Assembly (NCBI GenBank): GCA_965215605.1 | Contig: OZ244070.1 | Span: forward strand, 3,648,001-3,712,000 | DNA from: an uncultured Candidatus Binatia bacterium | GTDB taxonomy: Bacteria > Desulfobacterota > Binatia > UBA9968 > JAJDTQ01 | DNA length: 64,000 nt | Reading direction: 5' to 3' | Part shown: positions 8,520 to 18,338 of the stretch, piece after piece | Position numbering within the stretch: position 1 is the first letter of the stretch | How the letters are laid out: each line of letters begins with the position of its first letter | Made by a program: the position numbers and the translations under genes | The notes under the pieces: model-generated | The model's database searches: none | Seen by the model: only the letters and a program-made list of their open reading frames with translations | What the model was told of the DNA's origin: nothing

Positions 8520-9080
8520 ATGATCAACGCGACACAGCTTCGGACGGGAATGATCATCATCTATGACGAGGCCCTCTACCGGGTCACCGCGGTCAAACAT
8601 CTCACTCCCGGAAAGGGCCATGGCTTCATGCAGACGAAGCTCAGGAACCTGCGGACCGGGGTGGGCACCGAGCACAAGTTCCGTTCCGACGACAGGGTCG
8701 ACCGGGCAACCCTGGAGAGCCGCGAGATGCAGTACCTCTTCGGCGAGGACGACCGTCACACGTTCATGGATACCGAGAGCTACGAGCAGACGGAGCTTTC
8801 GTCCGACGACGTGGGGGACATCCTGCCGTACCTCCTGCCCAACCAGATGGTGGTGGTGGAACTGTTCGACGGCAGTCCGGTGGGGGTGAGCCTGGCCTCC
8901 GCGGTGGAGTTGGAAGTGGTGGAGACCGAACCTTCCATGAAAGGCGCTACCGCCTCGGCCTCCTACAAACCGGCACGGCTGGAAACCGGCGTGACGGTCC
9001 AGGTGCCGCCGTTCATTCAGATCGGCGACCGGATTCGGGTGGATCCGTCTGAAGGAAAATATATCGAGCGGGCGAAGTAG
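8520..9080 (+). CDS. efp: Elongation factor P
   Basis: TPGKG loop, KPARLETG..VQVPPFI..GD.I.VD motifs; 186 aa. Confidence 0.97.
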   Translation: MINATQLRTGMIIIYDEALYRVTAVKHLTPGKGHGFMQTKLRNLRTGVGTEHKFRSDDRVDRATLESREMQYLFGEDDRHTFMDTESYEQTELSSDDVGDILPYLLPNQMVVVELFDGSPVGVSLASAVELEVVETEPSMKGATASASYKPARLETGVTVQVPPFIQIGDRIRVDPSEGKYIERAK

Positions 9081-9666
9081 CCAGGACGGCTTCCCAGACG
9101 CGCGCCACGATGTTCTCGAGTTCCTCGAGGGAGCCGTCGTTGTCAATGACGAAGTCCGCGAGCCGGCGCTTCTCCGCCAGTGACATTTGCGCTTTCAGAT
9201 GCCGTTGGATATCGGAGCCGTCAAGCCCGTCCCGGCTGCGCAGCCGCTGCTCCTGGAGGTCGCGCCGGCACGCCACGAGCAGAACCGGACGAAGCCAGTG
9301 ATGGATCTTCGCTTCGAAGAGGAGCGGTGCGTCGTAGATGACGAAGTCGTGCTCGCGGGAGTGTTCGACGATGCGTTTCCGCGCCAGCGCGCGAATGCGG
9401 GGATGGGTGATGGCTTCCAGCCGTTTCCGCTTCGGCGGATCCTGGAAGATGACGCGGCGGAGGTAGGAACGGTCGAGGGTCCGGTCTTCCCTGACCGACT
9501 CCGGACCGAAGAGGTCGACGATCTCGCGCCAGGCGTCCCGGCCCGGCTCGACGATCTCCCGCGCCAGCCGGTCGGCGTCGACGATGGCGGCCCGGTCGCT
9601 CAGGATGGCCGATACCGTGCTCTTTCCCGTGGCGATGCCCCCGGTCAATCCAAGGACCCTGGCCAT
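9013..9666 (-). CDS. coaE: Dephospho-CoA kinase
   Basis: GLTGGIATGKSTV, DAD, LEAITHP, DAPLLFE, ADFVIDN motifs. Confidence 0.95.
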   Translation of the reverse strand: MARVLGLTGGIATGKSTVSAILSDRAAIVDADRLAREIVEPGRDAWREIVDLFGPESVREDRTLDRSYLRRVIFQDPPKRKRLEAITHPRIRALARKRIVEHSREHDFVIYDAPLLFEAKIHHWLRPVLLVACRRDLQEQRLRSRDGLDGSDIQRHLKAQMSLAEKRRLADFVIDNDGSLEELENIVARVWEAVLATSPARYIFLQTDPPESGRRSE

Positions 9667-9785
9667 GTCAAACCTCGAGGAAACAACCTGTCTGGGACGT
9701 CATGGCCTACTCTCGTAACAACTCCCGGGTGGCGCATCAACCGTGCCGCGGCCAGGACGGGGCGGAAACGGAGCGGACGGATATC

Positions 9786-10898
9786 ATGAAGGTGCCACTG
9801 CTGGACCTGAAGGCCCAGTACGAAAGCATCCGGGAAGAGGTCGAAGAGGCCGTGCTGAGGGTATGCGCCTCGCAGCGGTTCATCCTGGGGCCGGAGGTCG
9901 CCGAGTTGGAGCAGGAAATCGCCGCCTGCACCGGGACGCGTTTCGCCATCGGAGTATCGTCCGGCACCGACGCCTTGCTGGTGTCCTTGACGGCGCTGGA
10001 CATCGGCCCGGGCGATGAGGTGATCACCACCGCGTACTCGTTTTTCGCCACCGCCGGCGTCATCGCGCGGCTGGGTGCGCGGCCGGTTTTCGTGGACATC
10101 GAGCCGGATACATTCAACATGGATCCAGGGGCAGTGGCGGCGCGCATGACGCCGCACACCCGGGCCATCGTGCCCGTTCATCTCTTCGGCCGTTGCATGG
10201 AGCTCGACTCCATCCTGGATCTGGCCCGGGAGGCGGGGGTGGCGGTGGTGGAAGACGCGGCGCAGTCGTTCGGGGCCGCCGACAGCCGGGGCAGGGCGGC
10301 GGGCGGCATCGGGGCGGTGGGCTGCTTCTCCTTTTATCCCAGCAAGAATCTGGGAGCGTTCGGCGACGGCGGCATGGTGGTCACCGACGACGAGGAACTG
10401 GCCGGCCGCATCCGCATGCTCCGGGTCCATGGCGAAGCGCCCAAGTATCACCATCGGCTGGTGGGCGGAAACTTCCGGCTGGACAGCCTGCAGGCCGCGG
10501 TCCTGCGGGTCAAGCTCAGGTACGTCGCCGAGTGGACGGAAGCCCGGCGCGGAGCCGCGCAACGGTACCGGGAACTCCTTGCCGCGACGGCATCGGCGGA
10601 GCACCTCGTCCTTCCAACCGACTGTCCGGGTCACGCCTGCAACCAGTTCGTGATCCGCTCCCCGGAGCGGGACCGCCTCCGTGCCTACCTGGGAGACAGG
10701 GGCGTGGCTACGGAGGTCTACTACCCGTCGCCCCTGCACCTGCAGGAATGTTTCGGTTCCCTGAGCTACCGCGAAGGGGACTTCCCGCAGGCCGAGGCGG
10801 CGGCCCTTTCTTCGCTGGCCTTGCCCATCTACCCTGAGCTCACGTTGCTGCAACAGGAGTATGTTTGCGGGCAGATCCGCGGCTTCGGCGGAAGTTGA
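9786..10898 (+). CDS. DegT/DnrJ/EryC1/StrS PLP-dependent sugar aminotransferase (GnnB/WbpE-like)
   Basis: VPLLDLKAQY, SSGTDAL, PVHLFG, EDAAQ, FSFYPSKNLGAFGDGG, RLDSLQAA motifs. Confidence 0.92.
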   Translation: MKVPLLDLKAQYESIREEVEEAVLRVCASQRFILGPEVAELEQEIAACTGTRFAIGVSSGTDALLVSLTALDIGPGDEVITTAYSFFATAGVIARLGARPVFVDIEPDTFNMDPGAVAARMTPHTRAIVPVHLFGRCMELDSILDLAREAGVAVVEDAAQSFGAADSRGRAAGGIGAVGCFSFYPSKNLGAFGDGGMVVTDDEELAGRIRMLRVHGEAPKYHHRLVGGNFRLDSLQAAVLRVKLRYVAEWTEARRGAAQRYRELLAATASAEHLVLPTDCPGHACNQFVIRSPERDRLRAYLGDRGVATEVYYPSPLHLQECFGSLSYREGDFPQAEAAALSSLALPIYPELTLLQQEYVCGQIRGFGGS

Positions 10899-10964
10899 CC
10901 CGCGTGGGTTTCCGGCGTACCGCGGCCCGGGCATGAAATGAGTCCTTTGTGCTATAGTCCGGGC

Positions 10965-12770
10965 ATGGCGTACCGGAGCCTTGCCGAGCTTTTCCTGTCG
11001 CAGGCGGATGCGGAGCGCGACCGCGTCCTGTACCGTTTCTGGCGCGATGGCGGGTGGCGCGACCAGACCTGGACAGAGGCCGCGGAGGAGGTCGAGAGCC
11101 TCGCCTTGGGGCTGGTGGCCGCGGGAGTGAAGAAGGGCGACCGGGTTGCCCTTTGCGCGGCCAATCGCGTGGAGTGGTGCCTCCTGGACTGGGCGAACAT
11201 CTGCATCGGGGCGTTGACCGTTCCCCTCTACCCTTCGAGCACGCCGGCGCAGATCCAGTACGTCGTTCAGCACTCCGAGGCCGCGGTCCTGGTGGTGGAC
11301 TCCCAGGCCGCGCTGGAAAGGCTCGATCTCTCCACGCCGGCCTTGGCATCGGTGAAGACCACGGTGCTGCTCGATGCGGGGCTCGGCTCGGCGGAGCCCG
11401 GAACGGCGCCCGGCCCGGTTTCCCTGGAACGCTTGAAGGCCATGGGGCGGGAGCGCGGCCGGGAACATCCCGGGGCCTTCCGGGAGTCGGCCGAGTCGCT
11501 GGGACCCGAGGACGACCTCACCATCATCTACACCTCGGGCACCACGGGCGAGCCCAAGGGGGTCCTCACCACCCACGGCCATTACCTCTTCACCATTTCC
11601 GCCTCCCTCGCCGCCATGCCGGTCAGCCACAACGACGTGGCGCTGCAGTTCCTTCCCCTGGCCCACTCCTTCGGCCGGCTGGAGCACTTCGTGGCTGTGG
11701 CCCGAGGTTACCTGTGCGCGTTTGCACGTTCCATCGAAACCCTGTCGGCGGACTTGCAGGCGGTCCGGCCTACGCTGCTGTTCTCGGTGCCGCGCGTGTA
11801 TGAAAACGCCCACCGGCGCATCCTCAACCGGGTCGAGAGCAGCAGCCCCGTCAAGCAACGGCTCTTCCGATGGGCGGCGGCGGTGGGCAAGCGTTTCAAC
11901 GATGCCTCCAGGCGGGGCGAGCGCTGCGGTGCATGGCTGCGCGTTCGTCACGGGATGGCCGACCGTCTGGTGCTCTCCAAGGTCCGGCAGGGCATGGGCG
12001 GCCGGCTGCGGCTGGCCATCTCCGGCGGCGCGCCGCTGTCGGAACCCATCGCGGATTTCTTCCAGGCGCTGGGGGTCTGGATCGTGGAAGGGTACGGGCT
12101 CACGGAGACATCCACGGTGAGCCACGTGAACCGGCTGGATCGCTACCGGCTGGGCACGGTGGGACTCCCCCTGGACGGGGTGGAGTGCCGCATCGCCCAG
12201 GACGGCGAGATCCTGATCCGGGGCGCCAATGTCATGAAGGGGTACTTCAAGGATCCGGCCGCCACCCGGGAGGCCATCGTCGAGGATGGTTGGTTCCGCA
12301 CGGGCGACGTGGGGCGCATCGAGGACGGAGGCTTCCTGCGCATCACCGACCGCAAAAAGGATCTCATCGTGACCTCCGGCGGAAAGAACATCGCGCCGCA
12401 GATGATCGAGAATCACCTGCGGGAGGAGGCGTTGATCAGCCAGGCTATGGTATGGGGCGACCAGACCAGCCACCTGGTGGCGCTGATCACCCTCGACTCC
12501 GCCGAGGCGGCCCGCTGGGCGGAAAAGGAAGGCGTTGAGCTGGAGGGCGGCGAGGCGGCCGTGGATTCCCGGTTGTTCGCATACCTCAGACAACGAATCC
12601 GCGAGCGGAACAAGACACTGGCGCCGTTCGAAGCGGTCCGCGATTTTCGCGTGCTGCCGGCGGACTTCTCCACGGACACCGGCGAGTTGACACCCAGCAT
12701 GAAGCTGAAACGGCGGGTCGTGGTGGAGCGCTACGGGGACCTGCTTGACGAGATGCTGAAGCAGCGTTGA
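10965..12770 (+). CDS. fadD: Long-chain fatty acid--CoA ligase (AMP-dependent synthetase)
   Basis: IIYTSGTTGEPKG, EGYGLTET, GWFRTGD, ITDRKKDLIVTSGGKNIAP, LTPSMKLKR motifs. Confidence 0.93.
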   Translation: MAYRSLAELFLSQADAERDRVLYRFWRDGGWRDQTWTEAAEEVESLALGLVAAGVKKGDRVALCAANRVEWCLLDWANICIGALTVPLYPSSTPAQIQYVVQHSEAAVLVVDSQAALERLDLSTPALASVKTTVLLDAGLGSAEPGTAPGPVSLERLKAMGRERGREHPGAFRESAESLGPEDDLTIIYTSGTTGEPKGVLTTHGHYLFTISASLAAMPVSHNDVALQFLPLAHSFGRLEHFVAVARGYLCAFARSIETLSADLQAVRPTLLFSVPRVYENAHRRILNRVESSSPVKQRLFRWAAAVGKRFNDASRRGERCGAWLRVRHGMADRLVLSKVRQGMGGRLRLAISGGAPLSEPIADFFQALGVWIVEGYGLTETSTVSHVNRLDRYRLGTVGLPLDGVECRIAQDGEILIRGANVMKGYFKDPAATREAIVEDGWFRTGDVGRIEDGGFLRITDRKKDLIVTSGGKNIAPQMIENHLREEALISQAMVWGDQTSHLVALITLDSAEAARWAEKEGVELEGGEAAVDSRLFAYLRQRIRERNKTLAPFEAVRDFRVLPADFSTDTGELTPSMKLKRRVVVERYGDLLDEMLKQR

Positions 12771-12781
12771 TCGGAGGAGGG

Positions 12782-12857
12782 TGGAGGCGGCGGGCGGATT
12801 CGAACCGCCGCATGGAGGTTTTGCAGACCTCTCCCTTAACCACTTGGGTACGCCGCC
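12782..12857 (-). tRNA. tRNA-Cys(GCA)
   Basis: Reverse complement GGCGGCG...GAGGT CT GCA AA ACCTC...GGCGG TTCGAAT CCGCC CGCCGCC T CCA forms a full cloverleaf with U73 and encoded CCA. Confidence 0.97.
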
Positions 12858-12916
12858 CAACAGAATCCGAATTTTTAACACAGCCGGCGGGGCTTTTTCA
12901 AGGCGCGCCGAGCACG

Positions 12917-12945
12917 TTGAAATCACGCGAAAAATCAACTATTTT
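12917..12945 (+). promoter_or_regulatory. Putative sigma70 promoter of the ferredoxin-fusion gene
   Basis: TTGAAA-17 bp-TATTTT. Confidence 0.5.
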
Positions 12946-12947
12946 GA

Positions 12948-14420
<1,473 letters not shown>

Positions 14421-14436
14421 TCCCGCGCGGTTTCAC

Positions 14437-14925
14437 ATGTCCGTACAGCCCAGCGGCGAGTTGTACTTCCGCCGCATGACGGTCGCCGATCTGGATGACG
14501 TCATGGCCATCGAGACGGCGGCGTTCGCCAGTCCGTGGAGCCGGCAATTCTTCCTGGAGGAACTGCGGGCAGGCTGCGCCCGGTCGGTGTTGTGTCAACG
14601 GGACGGCGAGCCCGTCGGTTACGTCATCTACTGGGAGCTGACCGGGGAACTGGACATCCACAACGTCGCGGTCCATCCGAAGCATCGGCGACAGGGAGTC
14701 GCCCGGGCGATGCTCAACGACATCATCGAGAGTGCGGCCAACAGGGGCTTCCGGCGGCTGACCCTGGAGGTCAGAAGGTCCAACGATCCGGCCCAGACGC
14801 TCTACCGTTCGTTGGGATTCGTGGTCTGCGGGCTACGCAAGGGCTACTACTCCGACAACGGCGAGGACGCATGGGTCATGGAACGAAGGCTTCAGGCATC
14901 ACGCCCCGGCTTCGATAGAAATTAA
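14437..14925 (+). CDS. rimI: Ribosomal protein S18 alanine N-acetyltransferase
   Basis: PWS, IHNVAVHPKHRRQGVA, LEVRRSN, RKGYYSDNGEDA motifs. Confidence 0.93.
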   Translation: MSVQPSGELYFRRMTVADLDDVMAIETAAFASPWSRQFFLEELRAGCARSVLCQRDGEPVGYVIYWELTGELDIHNVAVHPKHRRQGVARAMLNDIIESAANRGFRRLTLEVRRSNDPAQTLYRSLGFVVCGLRKGYYSDNGEDAWVMERRLQASRPGFDRN

Positions 14926-14991
14926 TTTGCTTTCTAGTTATAGAGTTATAACTAACTATAAAGTAATAGATATCTTTTCCATCCGCTTCCC

Positions 14992-15021
14992 TTGACGCCC
15001 TCTTCGCCGCCATTGTATATA
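14992..15021 (+). promoter_or_regulatory. Putative sigma70 promoter of carD
   Basis: TTGACG-18 bp-TATATA, with an AT-rich tract upstream (14925-14975). Confidence 0.5.
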
Positions 15022-15174
15022 AAGAGGAGCCATCGGTTGTGAAAGAGAGCGTCATTGAAGCGTCCATCTCTACTCCAGGCCCCCCCTTCCAGAAACACCT
15101 TCCTCCGGCGCAGCCGGTCGATCTCCTCTTGTCCCTCTTTCCGCACACGGGTTCTGACTTTCAAGGAGGACTGA

Positions 15175-15660
15175 ATGTTCAAGGTCGGAGAGAAGGTTGT
15201 CTATCCTGCGCATGGAGTCGGTGAGATCGAAGCGGTAAGAATACAGGTGATATCCGGGACCCAGAAGAAGTTCTACATGCTGCGTATTCTCGACACGGAC
15301 ATGAAGATCATGGTCCCGGTGGACAATGCTTTGGCAGTGGGTTTGAGAAAGATCATCGACAAGACAACCGTCACTCGTGTGTACCGGATACTGCGGGAAA
15401 AGAAGAAGGCGCCGGTGGACCAGCAGACGTGGAACCGCCGGTATCGGGAGTATACCGAGAAGATCAAGACCGGGTCCGTCATCGAGATCGCGGCGGTGCT
15501 GAGAGATCTGTTCCTGTTGAAGAGCGACAAGGAGCTGTCCTTTGGCGAGCGGAAAGTGCTGGATACGGCGAGGAATCTGCTGGTCAAGGAGCTTTCCATC
15601 GCGCGGTCGCACACCGAGGAAAAGATCATGGAAGAACTGAGCCACATCTTCACGCAATAG
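15175..15660 (+). CDS. carD: CarD/CdnL RNA polymerase-binding regulator
   Basis: FKVGEKVVYPAHGVG, WNRRYRE, LSFGERK motifs; AAGGAGG RBS. Confidence 0.96.
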   Translation: MFKVGEKVVYPAHGVGEIEAVRIQVISGTQKKFYMLRILDTDMKIMVPVDNALAVGLRKIIDKTTVTRVYRILREKKKAPVDQQTWNRRYREYTEKIKTGSVIEIAAVLRDLFLLKSDKELSFGERKVLDTARNLLVKELSIARSHTEEKIMEELSHIFTQ

Positions 15661-15681
15661 CGTCGTCGTCCGTATTCATTG

Positions 15682-15716
15682 AAAGAGCTGGGGGGTAGCC
15701 TTCAGCTCTTTTTTTG
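15682..15716 (+). terminator. Intrinsic terminator after carD
   Basis: AAAGAGCTGGGGG-GTAG-CCTTCAGCTCTTT stem-loop (G-U pairs) running into a T tract. Confidence 0.75.
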
Positions 15717-15734
15717 TCGCAGGGAGGATACTTC

Positions 15735-16424
15735 GTGCATGTCAATGCCGTCATCTTGGCCGCGGGGCGGGGGAGCCGGGTAGGGGGCGAGGCCCCGAAG
15801 GTGCTTCTGCCGGTGGCGGGTCGGCCGCTGATCCTCCACACCCTGGAGCGCTTCGGCAGGGCGGGGGAGGTCGGCAAGGCCGTGCTGGTGGTGCCGGCGG
15901 AGGAGGTGGAGGCCTATCGGAAGCTGCTGGAGACGTCGCCGCGCGCGGGCTTGACGATCGCCGTGTACCCGGGCGGAGCCCGCCGGCAGGACTCCGTACG
16001 CGCGGGCCTCGACGCACTCGACCCCGACTGCGAGGTGGTGGTGGTCCACGACGGCGCCCGGCCGTTCCCGGCGCCCGAACTCATCGACCGCTGTGTGGGC
16101 GAAGCCCGTCGGAATCATTCGGTGACGGCGGCGGTGCCGGCGCGCAACACCATCAAGACCGTACGGCAGGGGCAGGTCGAGGAGACCTTGCCCCGGAACC
16201 GGCTCTGGGAGATACAGACCCCCCAGGCGTTCCCGGTCCGGACACTGCGGGCCGCCTATGAGAAGGCGCAACGGGACGGGGTGGATGCAACCGATGACGC
16301 CATGCTGGTGGAGCGGCTCGGGACGCCGGTGTGGGTCGTGGAAGGGACCACCACGAACCTCAAGGTTACCTACCCGGAGGACCTTTTTTTCGCGGAAGCG
16401 CTTGTCGCTGAAGGGCTCGTATGA
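15735..16424 (+). CDS. ispD: 2-C-methyl-D-erythritol 4-phosphate cytidylyltransferase
   Basis: ILAAGRGSR...PK, GGARRQDSV, VHDGARP, IQTPQAF, TDDA, NLKVTYPED motifs; GGGAGG before GTG. Confidence 0.95.
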   Translation: MHVNAVILAAGRGSRVGGEAPKVLLPVAGRPLILHTLERFGRAGEVGKAVLVVPAEEVEAYRKLLETSPRAGLTIAVYPGGARRQDSVRAGLDALDPDCEVVVVHDGARPFPAPELIDRCVGEARRNHSVTAAVPARNTIKTVRQGQVEETLPRNRLWEIQTPQAFPVRTLRAAYEKAQRDGVDATDDAMLVERLGTPVWVVEGTTTNLKVTYPEDLFFAEALVAEGLV

Positions 16425-16448
16425 GGGTCCGGCGGGGTGGAGCGGCGA

Positions 16449-16526
16449 TGGCGTCCCCGACGGGATTTGAACCCGTGTTGCCGGCGTGAAAGGCCGGTGT
16501 CCTGGGCCAGGCTAGACGACGGGGAC
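16449..16526 (-). tRNA. tRNA-Glu(TTC)
   Basis: Reverse complement GTCCCCG TCGTCTAGCCTGGCCCAGGAC A CCGGC CT TTC AC GCCGG CAAC ACGGG TTCAAAT CCCGT CGGGGAC G CCA. Confidence 0.97.
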
Positions 16527-16653
16527 GTTTTTCGAGCAACGGCAGGGGCCATCAAGGCCGGTGTCTAAAGTTAGCAGAAAACCGGTCTGTTGAAAACCGC
16601 CGGAACGGGCGATCCGGCGTCCGGACCCGCACGCGGCCTGTGCCGCAAGATTA

Positions 16654-16812
16654 GTGTCCTGTCCCACGTAATTCTTTACGAAGATGCGCAGGATTTCTTG
16701 TTGTCGGCAAGGCGCGATGACGAGCAGTGGCCGCTACCACGCGAGGAAGAGCAACGCAGCCGACGACAAGAAGGACAAGCAGATTGGTAAAGAATTACGT
16801 GGGACAGGACAC
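16654..16812. mobile_element. MITE, 159 bp, 26-bp perfect terminal inverted repeats, flanked by TA
   Basis: TA-GTGTCCTGTCCCACGTAATTCTTTAC (16652-16679) and GTAAAGAATTACGTGGGACAGGACAC-TA (16787-16814) are exact reverse complements; no transposase inside. Confidence 0.88.
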
Positions 16813-17732
16813 TAGATCCGGGTGCTGAGGTAGCGTTCGCCGCTGTCGCACAACATGGTGGCGACCCGGTGTCCCTTTCCCAGGGTTCTGGCCACCTGCA
16901 TGGCCGCGAAGCAGTTGGCGCCGGACGAGATGCCCACGAAGATTCCTTCTTCCACCGCAAGGCGCTTGGTGGTGGCCGCGGCGTCCTCGTCGCTGACGGT
17001 GATGATCTCGTCGTAAACCCGGGTATTCAGGACCGGCGGTACGAAGCCCGCGCCGATTCCCTGGATCTTGTGGTAGCCGGGTTCTCCGTTGGACAGCACC
17101 GGTGAAGCGGCCGGCTCGACGGCGTAGATTCGTACGGAAGGATTGCTCTCCCGGAGCGCCTCGCCCACGCCGGTGATGGTGCCGCCGGTGCCGACGCCGC
17201 TGACGAATGCGTCCACCTGCTCCAGTTGGCTCAACAACTCCACCGCCGTGGTCTTCCTGTGGGCCGCCGGGTTGGCCGGATTGATGAACTGCTGCGGCAT
17301 GAAGAAATCGGAATGCTCGGCCGCCAGTTCCTCGGCCCGGCGAATGGCGCCGCCCATTCCCTTGGTGTCGGGGGTCAGGATGAGGCGGGCGCCGTACGCC
17401 GCCAGCAGGTTGCGTCTCTCCTCGGACATTGTATCGGGCATGGTGAGGATCAACCGATACCCCTTCACCGCGGCCACCAGTGCGAGGCCGATGCCGGTGT
17501 TGCCGCTGGTGGGCTCCACGATGGTCCCTCCCGGCTTCAGCAGACCCCGGTGCTCCGCGTCCTCGACCATGCTGCGGCAGATGCGGTCCTTGACCGATCC
17601 GCCGGGATTGAGGGATTCGAGCTTGCCCCAGATCTCCGCGTCTTCTTTTCCGGGGAGCCGTGTCAGGCGAGCCACGGGCGTCGATCCGATCAGGTCGAGG
17701 ATGGACCCTGTGCAGGTGGAGGGTGTCGTCAT
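16812..17732 (-). CDS. cysK: Cysteine synthase A
   Basis: [58 protein letters not shown] motifs. Confidence 0.96.
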   Translation of the reverse strand: MTTPSTCTGSILDLIGSTPVARLTRLPGKEDAEIWGKLESLNPGGSVKDRICRSMVEDAEHRGLLKPGGTIVEPTSGNTGIGLALVAAVKGYRLILTMPDTMSEERRNLLAAYGARLILTPDTKGMGGAIRRAEELAAEHSDFFMPQQFINPANPAAHRKTTAVELLSQLEQVDAFVSGVGTGGTITGVGEALRESNPSVRIYAVEPAASPVLSNGEPGYHKIQGIGAGFVPPVLNTRVYDEIITVSDEDAAATTKRLAVEEGIFVGISSGANCFAAMQVARTLGKGHRVATMLCDSGERYLSTRI

Positions 17733-17906
17733 GGTTCCGGGAAGGCGAGCGTCGTCCGCGGCCGTTATGATAGAGTCGGGCTGAATCGAAGTCAACACGG
17801 AGTGATCCGGGAGCCGAGTTGGGCAATCCCTGAGGTTGGTGTTAAAATACGTCGATGAAGGGGCCGGCGCGCGGCAGGACGCGGGGTCCCAGCGGAGGAG
17901 AAGCGC

Positions 17907-18338
17907 ATGTCCGACGAAGAAACAGACGCCCCGAAAGGGTTCAAGGTAAGCGACAAGCGCCGGTTTACCGAGGAGGGCGAGGCCCGCGGGGATGAGGAGA
18001 CGCGGGAAGACAACGCGCCGGAAGAGGCGACTCGGCCGGAGGCGGATACGGAGCCGCTCCGGGAGGCGCGGGACCGCCAGGAGGAGTTGCCTTCCATCAA
18101 TTTCCCCACGTTCATCATCAGTCTCAGCACCCAGGCGCTGATGCATCTCGGAGAGATCGACAACCCGGTTACTGGCCAGCTTGAGAAGGACGTGGCGGTG
18201 GCCAAGCAGACCATCGACATCATCGCCATGCTGAGCGAGAAGAGCAAGGGGAACCTGGACGAGACGGAGGAACAGTTGTTGAAGGAAGTTCTATACAACC
18301 TCAGGATGAAGTACGTGGAGGCCGTCCGGACGACATGA
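17907..18338 (+). CDS. DUF1844 family protein
   Basis: [29 protein letters not shown]....L.EKSKGNL motifs; GGAGGAG RBS. Confidence 0.85.
   Translation: MSDEETDAPKGFKVSDKRRFTEEGEARGDEETREDNAPEEATRPEADTEPLREARDRQEELPSINFPTFIISLSTQALMHLGEIDNPVTGQLEKDVAVAKQTIDIIAMLSEKSKGNLDETEEQLLKEVLYNLRMKYVEAVRTT

Noticed and set aside
9645-12938. 1097-aa antisense ORF
   Set aside because: Shadow ORF of GC-rich sense genes; it also runs through tRNA-Cys and has no recognisable motifs.
16590-16960. Short ORFs crossing the MITE
   Set aside because: Both contain the TIR-derived peptide SVLSHVILY; no RBS or transposase motifs.
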